A stretch of 64,000 nt of DNA from Chrysomallon squamiferum (GCA_012295275.1 CM022669.1:1488001-1552000); one strand, 5' to 3'. Counted from the stretch's first letter, positions 14,701-27,976 are shown. The notes: generated from the sequence alone by a model not told the origin. Numbers and translations: made by a program.

Positions 14701-15219
14701 TCTTTTGATGTGATGTAACAAATAAACAAAATCTGAATTCACTTTCAAGTTTAACTTCAGAAATATTAACAGTTTAAATAAAATCTGATTATGTTACAGA
14801 TGATTATTAACAAAGTTCAGTCATTCACAACATATATAAATGTTAAAAAATACAAAACATTATTACTACTTATTTCTATTAGCAATGATAAACAATATGG
14901 TTGTTCTGTCTAAAAGCTGTCTTGCTTGGCAAGAAGCAGATCTGGAATCTTTACATAGAGACACGTGCCCATCAGGAATATTTAACTACAGACACAAATA
15001 TTTTCCCCACTGACTCTGCTGTGAATAAAAACATTGATCAATTTGTACAAGAAACATGTCCTGACATGCACACCTTGCTGAAAAACTGGACAATGGGTTT
15101 AAATTTAATAAAAAAAACATTTCTCCAACAGGTTTGTGAGATTTCCATGATGAAAATTCTGCAAGCTGCAGATTCTCAGTCTCTCTCACTCAGATGGTAG
15201 CCTCCCATGGAAACCGCAT

Positions 15220-15490
15220 GTTTGTGTTTGTGTGAGTGTGTCTACATATGTATGTATGTATGTACGTATGTATGTATGTATAATGTATGTATGTATGTAT
15301 GTATGTATGTATGTATGTATGTATGTATGTGTGTATGTATGTATGTGCGTATGTATGTAAGTATGTGTATCTATGTATGTATGTGGTGTATGTGTGTGTA
15401 TGTGTGTTTGTGTGTATGTGTTTGTGTGTGTGTGTGTGTGTTTGTGTGTGTGTGTTTGTGTGTGTGTATGTTTGTGTGTGTGTGTGTGTT

Positions 15491-15531
<41 letters not shown>

Positions 15532-15586
15532 TTTGTGTGTCTGTGTGTGTGTGTGTGTTTTGTGTGTGCATATGTGTGTGTGTGTT

Positions 15587-15621
<35 letters not shown>

Positions 15622-15915
15622 GCATATGTGTGTGTGTCAGTGTGTGTGTGTTTGTGTGTGTGTGTGTTTGTGTGTGCATATGTGTGTGTATCTGTGTGTG
15701 TGTTTGTGTGTGCATATGTGTGTGTATCTGTGTGCATGTGTGTGTGTGCATATGTGTGTGTGTCTGTGTGTGTGTGTTTGTGTGTGTGTGTGTTTGTGTG
15801 TGCATGTGTGTGTGTGTGGGGTGGGTGGGTGGGTATGTCTGTGTGTGTTTAGGTATGTATGTTATTTATGTTTATATGTATGTATCTTTGTGTGTGTGTG
15901 TGTTTGTGTCTGCGA

Positions 15916-15946
<31 letters not shown>

Positions 15947-15950
15947 TTTG
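15220..15950. repeat. Complex (TATG)n/(TG)n microsatellite field
   Basis: Direct reading; source of the Cys/Val and His/Thr ORFs. Confidence 0.95.
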
Positions 15951-16038
15951 TCGGTTTGAAAAAGATATCTTCCAACGTAAAACTGAACTGCCAGATCACG
16001 ACGACGCGATAATGAATGTATTTCAATTTCAATGTTGT
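15950..16038 (+). mobile_element. Right half of the microsatellite-containing foldback element also seen at 27718-27886
   Basis: gtcggtttgaaaaagatatcttccaacgtaaaactgaactgccagatcacgacgacgcgataatgaatgtatttcaatttc closely matches 27803-27884; both follow a (TG)n tract. Confidence 0.7.
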
Positions 16039-16138
16039 TTATTTTTTTCATTTAGAAAATAAATAAATAAATAAATAAATAAATAAAAAAAAAAAACAAT
16101 CAATTAAAAAACAACAATCAATAAATAAATAATAATAA

Positions 16139-16172
<34 letters not shown>

Positions 16173-16446
16173 TGTTGTTGTTGTTGTAGATGTAGTAATA
16201 GAATGGTGTAAACAGCCGGATGTTAGTGTGAGAAAAAATGAAGTTTTATCGGAAATGGTTTCGTAGTGATGTACCTACCGAAATCACATTTCCTCAAAAT
16301 GTCGTCTGCGTTCAGAAATAATTTTGTATGAAATTATCATTATTATTGTTGTTGTTGTTTTTGCTGCTGCTGCTGTTTCTGCTGTTTTTGTTGTGAAGTG
16401 CATTTCGTCTTTCGTGGTGATGAACTGAAAAGTGTCATTGTCATTG

Positions 16447-16490
<44 letters not shown>

Positions 16491-16698
16491 TGCAGTGTTT
16501 AAGGTGAAATTGATATCGATAGCGAGTACCGAGACCCAGTTTTCAAACCATCATCTCAGCGCTGCCATGGAAACTGATCTCAGCTCAGCTCCGTTCGGCT
16601 CAGCCTTTGTTTCTTTATTTACTCTGCTACTACTACTACTATCATTATTGTTATCGTTATTATTATCGTTATTGTTATCGTTAGTGTTATTCTTATTG

Positions 16699-16748
<50 letters not shown>

Positions 16749-16989
16749 CATGAATAATTAAAAGAAATTACTCTGTACTGCCATGTTCTATGTTAATAAA
16801 CTGATGGAGCAGAATAAACTGTATATAATATACACGAATATGCCATACTGCTCTTGTACTTCTAAAAGTTTAGTTTAGAAAAAAAAACTAACAAATTCAG
16901 ATGGATACTGTTAAAAACAAGGCGGAGATCTGAATACCCTGAGTTTACAATCCACTTTCATATGTATCCTCGTAATTGTGTGTATGTCT

Positions 16990-17189
16990 AATATGTGTAA
17001 TTTAGCACTGACTATTCTTATGTACATCTAATTAGCCTCTAGACAATATTCAGGAAGGCGCTACCAGAGGTGGACAAAGTCCAGTCATAACTTCACAAAC
17101 CTCGTCAGATGCCGCTGACGCGACTCGAACGTGTGGCTCTCATTCGCCCGCACACCGAAGGAGACAACGCTATCGTTGGACTACAAGCC
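16990..17189 (-). mobile_element. tRNA-derived SINE (5' head and part of the body; 3' limit approximate)
   Basis: Minus strand begins ggcttgtagtccaacgatagcg (A-box-like) and contains GTTCGAGTC (B-box, 17122-17130); it does not fold as a full tRNA and runs on into a non-tRNA body. Confidence 0.6.
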
Positions 17190-17389
17190 AAGTTTAAAAA
17201 GGTTGCTCAATAACCGAGGGTAATCATCGCTTCTCACGAAGGACACCGTTTTTTGCTTTTTGAAATTTTTGTGTGCATCTATGGTTTTTTCTCAAAACCT
17301 GGCAATGGCAAGTATGTGTCGTCTGCTAATTTGTGTGTACTCTACTACTACTACTACTACTATTATCATTATCGTTATCGTAATTGCTA

Positions 17390-17454
<65 letters not shown>

Positions 17455-18329
17455 TGATGAAAATGTATGCAATTACTTAGTAGAATAAATTGAAATATAC
17501 AGTCAAAACAAAGTAATGTTAAAGTCAAAGAAACCGATTAAAATCTCAACACAGCGATCAGAAATTACCTCCCTTGAAACTGCGAACGTCAACTTCCTCG
17601 GCCAAAAAATGTTAGTATTTTTTAACAAGAGGAGATAAAATAATCAAAAATTAATTTAAAAAAAATAAATAAATCTTGCATCGTTTCATTCCGTTATTTT
17701 CCAAATGACCTCTTATACTTTCCTTCACAAGCTCATCACTTGCTCAGTGAGATCTGTGATTCAGTCTCGCACTTCTGACCAACGAGTGACCGTCTTTTAA
17801 GGCTCCCCGCGTATTCGCCGTGACATCATCAGAATTAGCTCCGTGTTGTTTTGAAAGCGCAGAAATTGCTCTTTCCGGGAATTACGCTTGATCGGATATT
17901 TTTTGTGGAAAGAAAAAAAATTTTCAGTTCAAAAAGCTGACTTTTAAAATTTTTAATCAAAGTTTTATTATGAGATTTATGAGAGCAAAAAATACCTATT
18001 TGAAGTGAAATCTACGCTCTTTAATATGAGATTAAGTTTAGCCCCATTTTTTTTTTTTTTATCGCGAATGGGGAAAACGCCGGAAGGGCAGGAAGGAAAC
18101 CATGTGTATTTCCGATAGGTACAGAGGTATGTCACGTGAAAGGACATAATTCTTCAAAAACTAATTAAAAATCACCCACTTTAACCCGAACAAAAACAAA
18201 CAATATATTGGAAAGGGAGATATTATTATTTATTGTGATACACAAAGATCCAGTTGATCCAGTTACTGGTCACGGGCTGAAGTCAACAATGTGGAATGGG
18301 TTCCGTTTCATATCTTTCTTTGCCAGTTT

Positions 18330-18632
18330 TAATAGTAGTAATATTAATAGTAAAATCCGTAGTAAAAATAATAGTACCAGTACTAGTAATAGTAGTGGTA
18401 ATAGTAGTAGTAGTAGTAGTAATACTAGTAGAAGTAGTTGTAGTAATACTAATAGTAATGACAGTAGGAGTAATAATATTAGTAGTACTCGCAGTAGTAC
18501 CAGAAGTAGTAACAGTAGCAGTAATATCAATAGTGGTAGTTGTAGTAGTGGTAGCAGCAGTAATGGTAGCAGTATTTCTAGTAGTAGTAGTAGTAACAGC
18601 AGCAGTAGCAGTAGTAATACTAGTAGTAGTAG
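18330..18632. repeat. Degenerate (AGT)n low-complexity tract
   Basis: Direct reading. Confidence 0.9.
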
Positions 18633-19750
18633 GTATGGGTAGACTGTGAGATAAAATTAATCATAAAATTAATCACAGGTTTGAGTGGACAGATATAGTT
18701 AAAACATGCAGGTAAGTAATACCAGAAACGTTGTTGTATTTAGCGTTAATTCAGAGTTGGTATTAATGTTGGTTTAGGTTTAAATTTAATTCTAAAATTA
18801 ATAATTCCTATAAATATTTTCATGTGAAAATAGGATCCTGTATGAATAACATCCTGAATGATCACTACCCTCTACGACTGATCAATCTCTGAAATGTGTG
18901 AAATTTGTGTGAAACACTCTTGAAACTAACTCAACATCCTATACTAACTCTTCTGCCCTCCGCTTGACACAAGTAGCCGGCCACTTTGTAATTTGAAGGT
19001 ATTTGATAGTTTGTTAAGATCTAAACTATTTATAACTATTAGTTAATTACTACTGATAATAATAATAATAATAATAATAATAACATAAAATCATCTAAGA
19101 AGGGAATTGACACAAAGTATATCTATATTTATTTTATTTTATTTTAATTTGATTTTGTTTATTTATTTATTTATTTATTTATAGTTGTCTAATCTCACTG
19201 ATCAATAGCAGAGTCGTTTCTAAGAAATTATCGATCAAGGTGTTTTCCAGGGAGTCAGCCATATAGTTCTAAATTAATAATTATACTTGGTTTTCCTATT
19301 TCTGCTTTAAATTATTATTATTATTATACACATGTTATACGACAGACGTAAACAATGCAATGAAGTAGGACTACATTAAATTAATGTAATCTCTTTTCAA
19401 GAAAATATATTTAAAATGAGTGTACATGTCTCCTAGCACGATTTGTTTATTTCAGTCTGACACTGAAACCTAACAAAGTGACACTTGATGACGTTAAAGC
19501 TATTTGACGTCATTCACGTGTTTAAGAGTGGAGGATTTTGATAACTAAAGGAAAGGTTTATAAAACAGAACTGACACGTGAAACGTTACGTACACTCTGA
19601 CCTGAAAATGTGTTGTCCGATACAGAAATTGTAGTTTCCGTTCTGGTGAATGTAACTTGCATATGAAGAACTTAATAATATTATTATCACATATACTTGT
19701 CTTATTTTCTATGTTACTTTTTATTTGGTTAGGGTTCCCATATTTTATTA

Positions 19751-19781
<31 letters not shown>

Positions 19782-19822
19782 GATTATTATTATTATTATT
19801 ATTATTATTTGTTTGTGAAAAC

Positions 19823-20262
19823 ATTGCCACCTCAGCTGCAATCTCAAGTTGGCAGACAGAAAAAAAAGATAATGGAAATAATTCAATACGTTTTTCGTAC
19901 CAGAATTGACAGTGATTTTGAGGTGGGAAAAGATAAAACATTTTTTGAAGCCCGTCGCATTATACTCATTATACTCATTATACGAAGCGGAGTTTTCAAT
20001 TAGATGTTAACAGAACAAACTGATGTAGTACTACCGGATGTGCAGCCAGACAGTTTTACAGTATGTCAACACACACACACACACTCACACATACACACAC
20101 ACACATACACATACATAGACACACATACACAAACACATACACACACATACACAAACACATACACAGACATACACACACATACACAAACACATACACAGAC
20201 ATACACACACACATACACAGATATACACACATACACATATATGCACACACACACATAAACAC

Positions 20263-20308
<46 letters not shown>

Positions 20309-20747
20309 ATACACACACAGACATGGAAACACACGCGCGAACACAGTGAGGATGAGAGACACGAACAATACAGTTTTTGTTAGTAATCTAGTTATTGTCT
20401 AATCAGATAATCTCCCATAACTATCTCTCGTTTTAAAGTCTTACTCTACTTCTTTTACACAGATATCTTTATTAACTGATCTCACATAGTTATCTCACAT
20501 TTTAAAGTTTTACTCTACTTGTTTTACACAGATATCTTTATTAACTGATCTCACATAGTTATCTCACATTTTGAAGTCTTACTCTACTCCTTTTACACAG
20601 ATATCTTTATACCGATGACGTCGTCCTAACAGGCGACAACGTCGTCGGTCTGCTGTCTCCATCGAGGAAGTACATCATCACAACACTTCATGACCAATGC
20701 ACAAAATATTTGGAGTCGTTGTCGTTACAGAATGCCTGCGTGGTGCT
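19823..20747 (+). pseudogene. Unprocessed, truncated duplicate of the BTB-BACK-PHR gene (exons about 19823-20060 and 20601-20747)
   Basis: Aligns to 33651-34340. ATG changed to ATT (aacattgccacc vs aacatggccacc), upstream acceptor AG lost, frameshift in an A-run, TAG at 20001. Same intron with (CA)n. Exon 2 reads YLYTDDVVLTGDNVVGLLSPSRKYIITTLHDQCTKYLES and stops at the PLE junction. Confidence 0.92.
20431..20609 (+). repeat. 69-bp tandem triplication containing the 3' splice acceptor (AG at 20461-2, 20530-1, 20599-600)
   Basis: tttaaagtcttactctacttcttttacacag|atatcttta repeated at a 69-bp period. Confidence 0.93.
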
Positions 20748-21672
20748 ATATAATGCAACAGTTGATGGTGTCCGTGAGTTTAAAAACTGCTTTGTAATCT
20801 AAGTAACTTGAATTTTTCAAACTGTATACCTTTGTAAATTGTTACATCCGAAGCATCTAATATTGTGGCTTTAAATTTTTTATTTTCATTTTGTTAATTT
20901 AGTAATTCCAAATTTTTTCAAAAATTCGTCTTTAGAATGTTGCCAAATAATAAGAATGTACTCTAGATATCTGATATATAAAAATGGTTTCTTGGTTGCT
21001 TTGGTCAATGCCGCTTCTTCCCATTCTGCGATATAAATGCAGGCAAAATTTGGGCTGAAACTCTTGCCATAGCGCACCACAAACCTGCTGATACATTTCC
21101 AGTTATATTCAAAGTCTTTACCTTTTAGCTTAATTCAGGTAATTCCATAATACTTTCTGTTGGTCTTTCTGTATCTGGATATTTGTCGAACGCTCTCTCG
21201 ACCAATTCTATGCCCGCATCGATGTTTATGTAGTGTATATGAAATCAGCATCGAGGGTGGCAAAAAGCAGTTTGGTGGTATTTTTCTTTTAGATATTTTA
21301 GATAAAAGATCATCTGTATTTTTAACAAAACTAGCGTGTCTATTTACAGTTGGTTTTAAATAAAAGTCAACGTATTCGGAAATGTTACAAGATTCTGATC
21401 CACACTCAGAGATGATTGGTCGACCTGGTAGTGTGTTGATATCTAACCATTTTTCCACTGGTTTGTGTATTTTTGGGAGAAAATAAATATTCTAGTCTGA
21501 GAATCAGATTGCGATCGTCTGTTTGTTTATTTATAATGACGAACAACAATTCTATTGAATTTATTTTTATTGGCTGGTCGAATGGCGTCGTCCAATTTTC
21601 TATAATATTTCGTATTATTTAGTTGTCTGATGACGTTGCGGATGTAATCTCCACTTGATAAAATAACAGTCT
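20748..21672 (-). mobile_element. Penelope-like retroelement (PLE) reverse-transcriptase fragment, degenerate
   Basis: Minus-strand motifs RQLNNTKYYRKL, YFLPKIHK, PGRPIISECGSES, YVDFYLKP, FVKNTDDLL, GKSFSPNFACIYIAEWEE, YIRYLEYILIIW (RYxDD decayed) and FKLTD-THQLLH, all typical of PLE RT; several frameshifts. Confidence 0.9.
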
Positions 21673-21799
21673 ATTAAAGAATTACTGAACAAATCATCTA
21701 TTTTTATTTCATGGCATTCAGGGATTTTAAATATATCTTCTGTATCATTAAGATACCAGGAGGATATAAATGTTCAACAACAGGGAAGATGGTCTGTTG

Positions 21800-22045
21800 G
21801 TGCTCTGACACAAGATTTAATATTTTCATAGATATTGTAAACCACCTGCAGACATTTACCATTTATACCATTTTTAAGTAATTTTCCCCAACGTCCGATT
21901 CTGCACACTGAATTAAAAAGCTTTGCTGAAATCTATAAAAGTACAAAAAAGGTGTTTCTTCTCTGCTTTCACCAGGTCACTTAATCTCTGTAATGTAAAA
22001 ACGTGGCCATTTGTACAATAATCCTTCCTAAATCCTAATGATTGA
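21800..22045 (-). mobile_element. Non-LTR retrotransposon (LINE) RT fragment
   Basis: Minus strand LGFRKDYCTNGHVFTLQRLSDLVKAEKKHLFCTFIDFSKAF, frameshift, NSVCRIGRWGKLLKNGINGKCLQVVYNIYENIKSCVR: classic LINE RT motifs (GFR, DxxKAFD). Confidence 0.85.
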
Positions 22046-23340
22046 CTTCATATAGCATATCATTTGTTTCAAGAAACAACTTATCAAATAAATTACATTG
22101 AATTAATGTATTGTATAAATATGTTGTTTCTGTCCTTGCGAAAGTTATTTTGTTATTTAAATTTGTTTGTTGTTGTCGTTGTCGTTGTCGTTGTTGTTGT
22201 TGTTGTTGTTCTTCTACTTATTTATTATTATTATATTATATTTTTTTTTTTTTTTGTCGTAGTAGAATTTTAATTTAGTAGATGTGAGGTAGTTATTTTA
22301 ATTAGTTTCGAAAGATTCTTATTTTATTTCATTTCTGTTTTCATTCGAAGAACAATATTATTATCTATTATACATCGTTGCTGTAGTCCGCTATACCCGC
22401 TGTGTATCATTCTGACTTCGTACTGAAACCAGGTTTCAGAAACATGATATACCCAGAACATTCAGTGACATCACAGGGTTACAAGAGTAAAACGTGGTAT
22501 TGAAAGCGGCGACCTAGAAGGAACTGCTGTTAGGAGTTCGTAGACAAGTCTAAACACGAGATAACTGCGTGTTAGTTATGCGACGTTTCTTCACATTACA
22601 GGTTAAAAAGTGTAACAGGACATAAAATAAATATATATATAACTCTTGAATACCTTGTTTTAACTTTCGTCAACACAGTTTTATTTTAAAACCTTTCATC
22701 CATCTTCACCTTATTATATTATGTTTATATTTTAGTGCAATAAAATTCTCTAAAACTGAAGAATAACAACATCAAATTCTATTTTCTGTTTAAGTCATCT
22801 TCAGTACACCTAAATCGCTGCTTTTCATAAATCTACGAAACAATATTACATAAAATATTTTTTGTTTTCATCCTGGGACGATTCCACTGCATAGAACCAT
22901 TTCATACTTCTGACATTGTCATACGGTAACCAGAGAAATACTGTAGTGAAATAAACTGTTGACCTAGAACGAATTCCACTTAGAAGTATATATATACATA
23001 CATACAAGATTAAACTTGAGATATCTGCATGTTAGTCCAGCGTTATATATGTATGTATGTATGTATATATATGTGTGTGTGTTTATATCAATATATGAAT
23101 GTATCTGTCTGTCTGTCTGTGTGTGTTTGCGTTTGTGTACTGGAATCCTCGGACCTCGCATTTCGAAAAATCTGGATTAAATCAGGAAAACAACATTACA
23201 ACATTTGAACTTTCCGCCATTTCCCACTGAAAAGCTTACCTTGAAATATAACTAAGTTATTTCGAGCCTACTGTATGATGACAGTAACCCTGTCTCCTCC
23301 CACTTCCCATCGAGTTAACAATAAAATGGATGTTAAACAG

Positions 23341-23391
<51 letters not shown>

Positions 23392-24045
23392 CTATGTATC
23401 TAGTAATTCATACACGTAAATCTATTAGATATATCTCTTATGAGAACCGATATTACAAAAAATAAAATGTTCTGCATCCCGAAACGACTCCACTGAGTCC
23501 ATTACGTGATGACGTCACGACTTCAGCTGGGAAGAGCCACAGTCAACAGATGTTTCTTAACTGTTGCTGTCAAACTTTGTTATGTGTAATGAAAAGTCGC
23601 TGTAAACAAAGAAAAATAACTTGGAAGAATAAACAGCTTTACTAGACAATACCTTTTTCACACAGATAGGTTCACTTTAAAGTGGAAGAGACACGGTTGT
23701 GTATACTCGTAAAACAAAAAGTACATTATTATTATATTCACCGTTAAAATCAAATAAATTTAATCTGAAACTGGCACATAATTAAAAAGGAAAATAAATA
23801 AATAAATAAATAAATAATTTACAAAATGAAATATTAAACTTATTACCAGTTGAAATATTATAATATAAAATTATGTTTACGAGTTAGTATACTCACGAGG
23901 GCTGAATGAATGTTAAACGTTGTGTGATTGAGAAATAAAATTAAATAATTAAATAAACAATGTCTACACTGACTTCTCTGACATGAAAACAGCAGTCTTA
24001 CAACATACATTTTACTACCACCACTACTACTACTACTACTACTAT

Positions 24046-24104
<59 letters not shown>

Positions 24105-24315
24105 ATAATAATAATGATAATATTTGTATGTGTGTTATTTTATGCTACGTTTTAGTTTAACATAAGAAAATAATATTTTGCTCGCCCCTTTACACAGCTC
24201 GCATCATTTTGAGCAAGTATTCAAACCATTTTGAAAGTGTGTGTTATACTTAGAACTGATGTAAAAAGTGTTTACAGTGACACCAAGCAGCCAGACTAAC
24301 AACACACTACCTGGG

Positions 24316-24663
24316 AACAATTTCTACATTTCCATGTTTAGCTGCAAAACAGAATTGTTTTCAGTGTCTGTTATATGGGGATCAGTTCCATGTTCCAGTA
24401 AATACAAAACTACTTTGTTCTCTTCATGCCAGTCGGACGTAAACAGAGGAGTTTCACCTTTACAGTTTCTAATATCTTCGTCAACAACTTTCTCAATCAG
24501 TGCTGTGACAATTTCTATACATCAAAGTTTAGCTGTTTTTTGTAAAAGAGAATTGTAAGCATAGTCTCGTAAATTACCATCAGCTCCCTTGTTTCAGTAA
24601 ATACAAAGCTACTTCAATCTTGCGACAGTACAGATCTTGATCTTTGTGAAAATTATCTTCATA
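24316..24663 (-). pseudogene. Inverted 5' portion of an ankyrin-repeat pseudogene
   Basis: Minus strand ...KIEVALYLLKQG/ADGNLRD...IEIVTALIEKVVDEDIRNCKGETPLF...KVVLYLLEHGTDPHITDTENNSVL...AKHGNVEIV; the same repeat family as 24663-26280 but opposite orientation. Confidence 0.85.
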
Positions 24664-26280
24664 GCTGATCCTAATTTGAGAGACAAATATAATAGTTCTG
24701 TTTTACACCTAGCAGCTAAACAAGGATATATTGAAACTGTGTAAACACTGATTGTAAAACGTGCTGATGTAAACATTAGAAACAGTCTAACTGAAACTGC
24801 TCCTTTCACAGCTGTTAAGTATATACAGAACAAAGTAGCTTTGTATTTACTGGAACATGGAGCTAATCCTTACTTTAACAGACAATGATAACAATTCTGT
24901 TTTACACCTAGTAGCTAAACAAGGATATACTTGAAATTGTGTAAACACTGATTGAAAAACGTGCTGATGTAAACTTTAAAAACTGCCTTAGATGAAACTA
25001 CTCATTTTATAGATGTCATGTATACACAGAACAAAGTAGGTTTGTATTTGCTAATCCTGATTTAACAGACACTGATAACAATTCTGTTTTTCACCTTGCA
25101 GTTGAAAGTGCAAATATAAGTGGTGTGTTGTCACTGACTAAAGAAGGTGTTGAGGTAAATATTAAAAACAGCCGAGGTAAAACTCCTCTTTTTGCAGCCG
25201 TTAAGTGTGCACATTACATTCTAGTTTTGTATTTACTACAACGTCAAACTGTACTCTGTGTAGCTTTGTATTTACTACGACGTCAAACTGTACTCTGTGT
25301 AGTTTTGTATTTACTACGACGTCAAACTGTACTCTGTGTAGTTTTGTATTTACTACGACGTCAAACTGTACTCTGTGTAGTTTTGTATTTACTACAACGT
25401 CAAACTGTACTCTGTGTAGCTTTGTATTTACTACAACGTCAAACTGTACTCTGTGTAGCTTTGTATTTACTACAACGTCAAACTGTACTCTGTGTAGCTT
25501 TGTATTTACTACAACGTCAAACTGTACTCTGTGTAGCTTTGTATTTACTACAACGTCAAACTGTACTCTGTGTAGTTTTGTATTTACTACAACGTCAAAC
25601 TGTACTCTGTGTAGCTTTGTATTTACTACAACGTCAAACTGTACTCTGTGTAGCTTTGTATTTACTACGACGTCAAATTTTGAACACATTAGTTTTTTGT
25701 TTACTGCATCATGGAGCTGTTCCTAATTTAACAGACAATGATAACATTTCTCTTTTACACATAGCAGTTAGACATAGAAATTTAGTAGTTGTGGAAAAAC
25801 TGATTAAAAGAGGTGTAGCTGTAAATATTAGAAACTATGAAGGTGAAGCTCCTGTTTTTCAGGCCTGTGAACTCTAAACAGAGAAATCTAGTTTTTTATT
25901 TACTGGAACATGGAGCTAATCCTAATTTATCAGACAAAGATAACAATTCTGTTTTGCACCTAGCAGCTAAACATGGAAATAGAGAAATTGTGAGAGCACT
26001 GATTGGAAAATGTTTTTATGTAAATATTAAAAACTGTGGAGGTGTAACTCCTCCTTTTACAGCTGTTAAGTATAAACTTTTTATTTATTACAAAGTAGCC
26101 TTGTATTTACTGGAACATGGAGCTAATCCTAATATAACAGACAGTGATAACACATTTGTTTTGGTCCTGACAGCACTGAAAACGGTGTTGATATTAATAT
26201 GAAAGAAAAAACCGATGTGCAACTCCTCTTGATCAATCTCTGAAGAATGAAAAATATAAAGTAGTTTTGTATTTACTGCA
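24663..26280 (+). pseudogene. Intronless ankyrin-repeat array pseudogene (66-aa double-repeat period)
   Basis: Repeats such as YLLEHGANPNLSDKDNNSVLHLAAKHGNREIVRALI and GVEVNIKNSRGKTPLFAAV; multiple TAA stops and frameshifts split it into ORFs 25125-25877 and 25837-26202. Confidence 0.92.
25221..25688. repeat. 39-bp in-frame minisatellite, about 12 copies (gtagctttgtatttactacaacgtcaaactgtactctgt = VALYLLQRQTVLC)
   Basis: Direct periodicity with no spacers; the first half equals the ankyrin VALYLL segment. Confidence 0.96.
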
Positions 26281-27487
26281 TTTTTTTCTTATTAATTAGA
26301 AGATACATTCACATAATGTTTACATTTCACAAAATTACCATTAAGAAATAGAGAGTGACAAAATTTATGAGGCAAATGAAAGTTTTCATTGTGAACAAAT
26401 TTTGGTCTTCTTTTATATAATTAATAGTTTAAAACACTGTGCACAGTAATGTACATAGTTAATATTTTAATACCTATATATATATATACATGTAATTAGG
26501 AAACTGTCGAGGTTATCACATTATCAAAGTTTTGAGTAAAATCAATAAACGTTTAAAATAAGAATATTTTTGGTTAATGTTTGTGTATGTGTATGTGTAT
26601 GTATGTGTGTGTATATATATATATCTATCTATATATATATATATATATATAAACTAATAATTTAGAATGTAAATACATGTTTAGATTAAGAATATTTTTA
26701 TTTAATAATGTTTATATTTATCTATTTTATAATTATAAAATAGTGAATAATTAATAAAGTTTAAATTAGAAATATTTTCATTTAATAATGCCAGCATATG
26801 ACCTTAGTAATTATAAAATTGTGAATATGTAATAAAGTCGATGCAAATTCAAATTAGGAATATTTTTAGTAAATAATGTTAACAATTATATATTTAATAA
26901 TTGCAAATATTAAATAATTAATAAAGTAAACTTAGATTTAAAATAGGAATATTTTTATTTAATATTTACATTTATCTATTTAATATTTATAAATTAGTGA
27001 TTAATTTGTTGAGTAAATTTAAGTTTTAATTAGGAACATTTGTATTTAATAATGTTCAGGTTTATCTGTTTGATATTGAACAACGAGTGTGAATTTAAAC
27101 TGATTTAATTTGTGTGATAAAATTTTAATACTACCTTTATTTTATTTGTAAATAATTTCTATCAAACGTACTTTTTTTTAGATGAATTATTATTATTATT
27201 ATTATTATTATTATTGTTATTATTATTATTATTATTAAAATTATTATTAAAAATTATCTTGAGGAATGTTTTATATTTGTGTGCATGGGTGTATGTGTGT
27301 GTGTATATATATATATATTTTAATATTGTACATTTTTCTTTCGTTCTTTCCTTCTTTATTTCTTTATTTCTTTATAACTATTATTATTACTATTATTATT
27401 ATTATTATTATTATTATTAGTAGTAGTAGTAGTAGTAGTATTACTATTATTTTTAATAGTAGTATTAGTATTAGTATTAGTAGTATT

Positions 27488-27519
<32 letters not shown>

Positions 27520-27717
27520 TATTTATTTATTTTAGGATGTTGTACAGAAAAGTAAATTTAGATTTTTTATTCCATTATTCATTATTTATATATATATACA
27601 TATAACTATAGTTTTGTCATTAGTAGTAGTATTATCAAAACATTTTTTTTTTCTAATACACTGATGCTTAAGTTACATTGAATAATTGTACTGTATAAAT
27701 ATTTTGTATTTTGTACT

Positions 27718-27886
27718 GAAATTGAAATACATTAATCATCGCGCCATCGTGATCTGGTAATTCTGTGTGTGTGTGTGTGTGTGAATGTGCGTGTGTGTGT
27801 GTGTCGGTTTGAAAAAGGTATCTTCCAACGTAAAACTGAATTGACAAATCACGACGGCACGATAATTAATGTATTTTCATTTCAAT
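27718..27886. mobile_element. Small foldback/MITE-like element: about 45-bp inverted arms flanking (TG)n plus a short unique core
   Basis: gaaattgaaatacattaatcatcgcgccatcgtgatctggtaattc (27718-27763) is an imperfect reverse complement of 27838-27884; a second partial copy lies at 15950. Confidence 0.7.
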
Positions 27887-27976
27887 TGTTGTTTTTTTTT
27901 ATTTTTTTTCATTTAAAAAGTAAATAAATAAACAAACAAACAAATGAGTGAAAAAGTAAACAAACAAAAACAACTT

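Noticed and set aside
14901-15200. 99-aa non-repetitive ORF
   Set aside because: TTG start, no recognisable family and no supported exon chain; left unassigned.
15186-16062. Cys/Val and His/Thr ORFs (also at 20004-20383 and 28854-29582)
   Set aside because: Translations of (TG)n/(CA)n microsatellites.
17105-17189. Possible tRNA gene
   Set aside because: A- and B-box-like motifs are present but there is no convincing cloverleaf; called a SINE head instead.
18208-18649. Ser-rich and Val-rich ORFs
   Set aside because: (AGT)n low-complexity tract.
25221-25688. CRISPR-like array (also 36599-37065, 38881-39547, 47472-47795)
   Set aside because: Head-to-tail units with no unique spacers, no cas genes, eukaryotic context.
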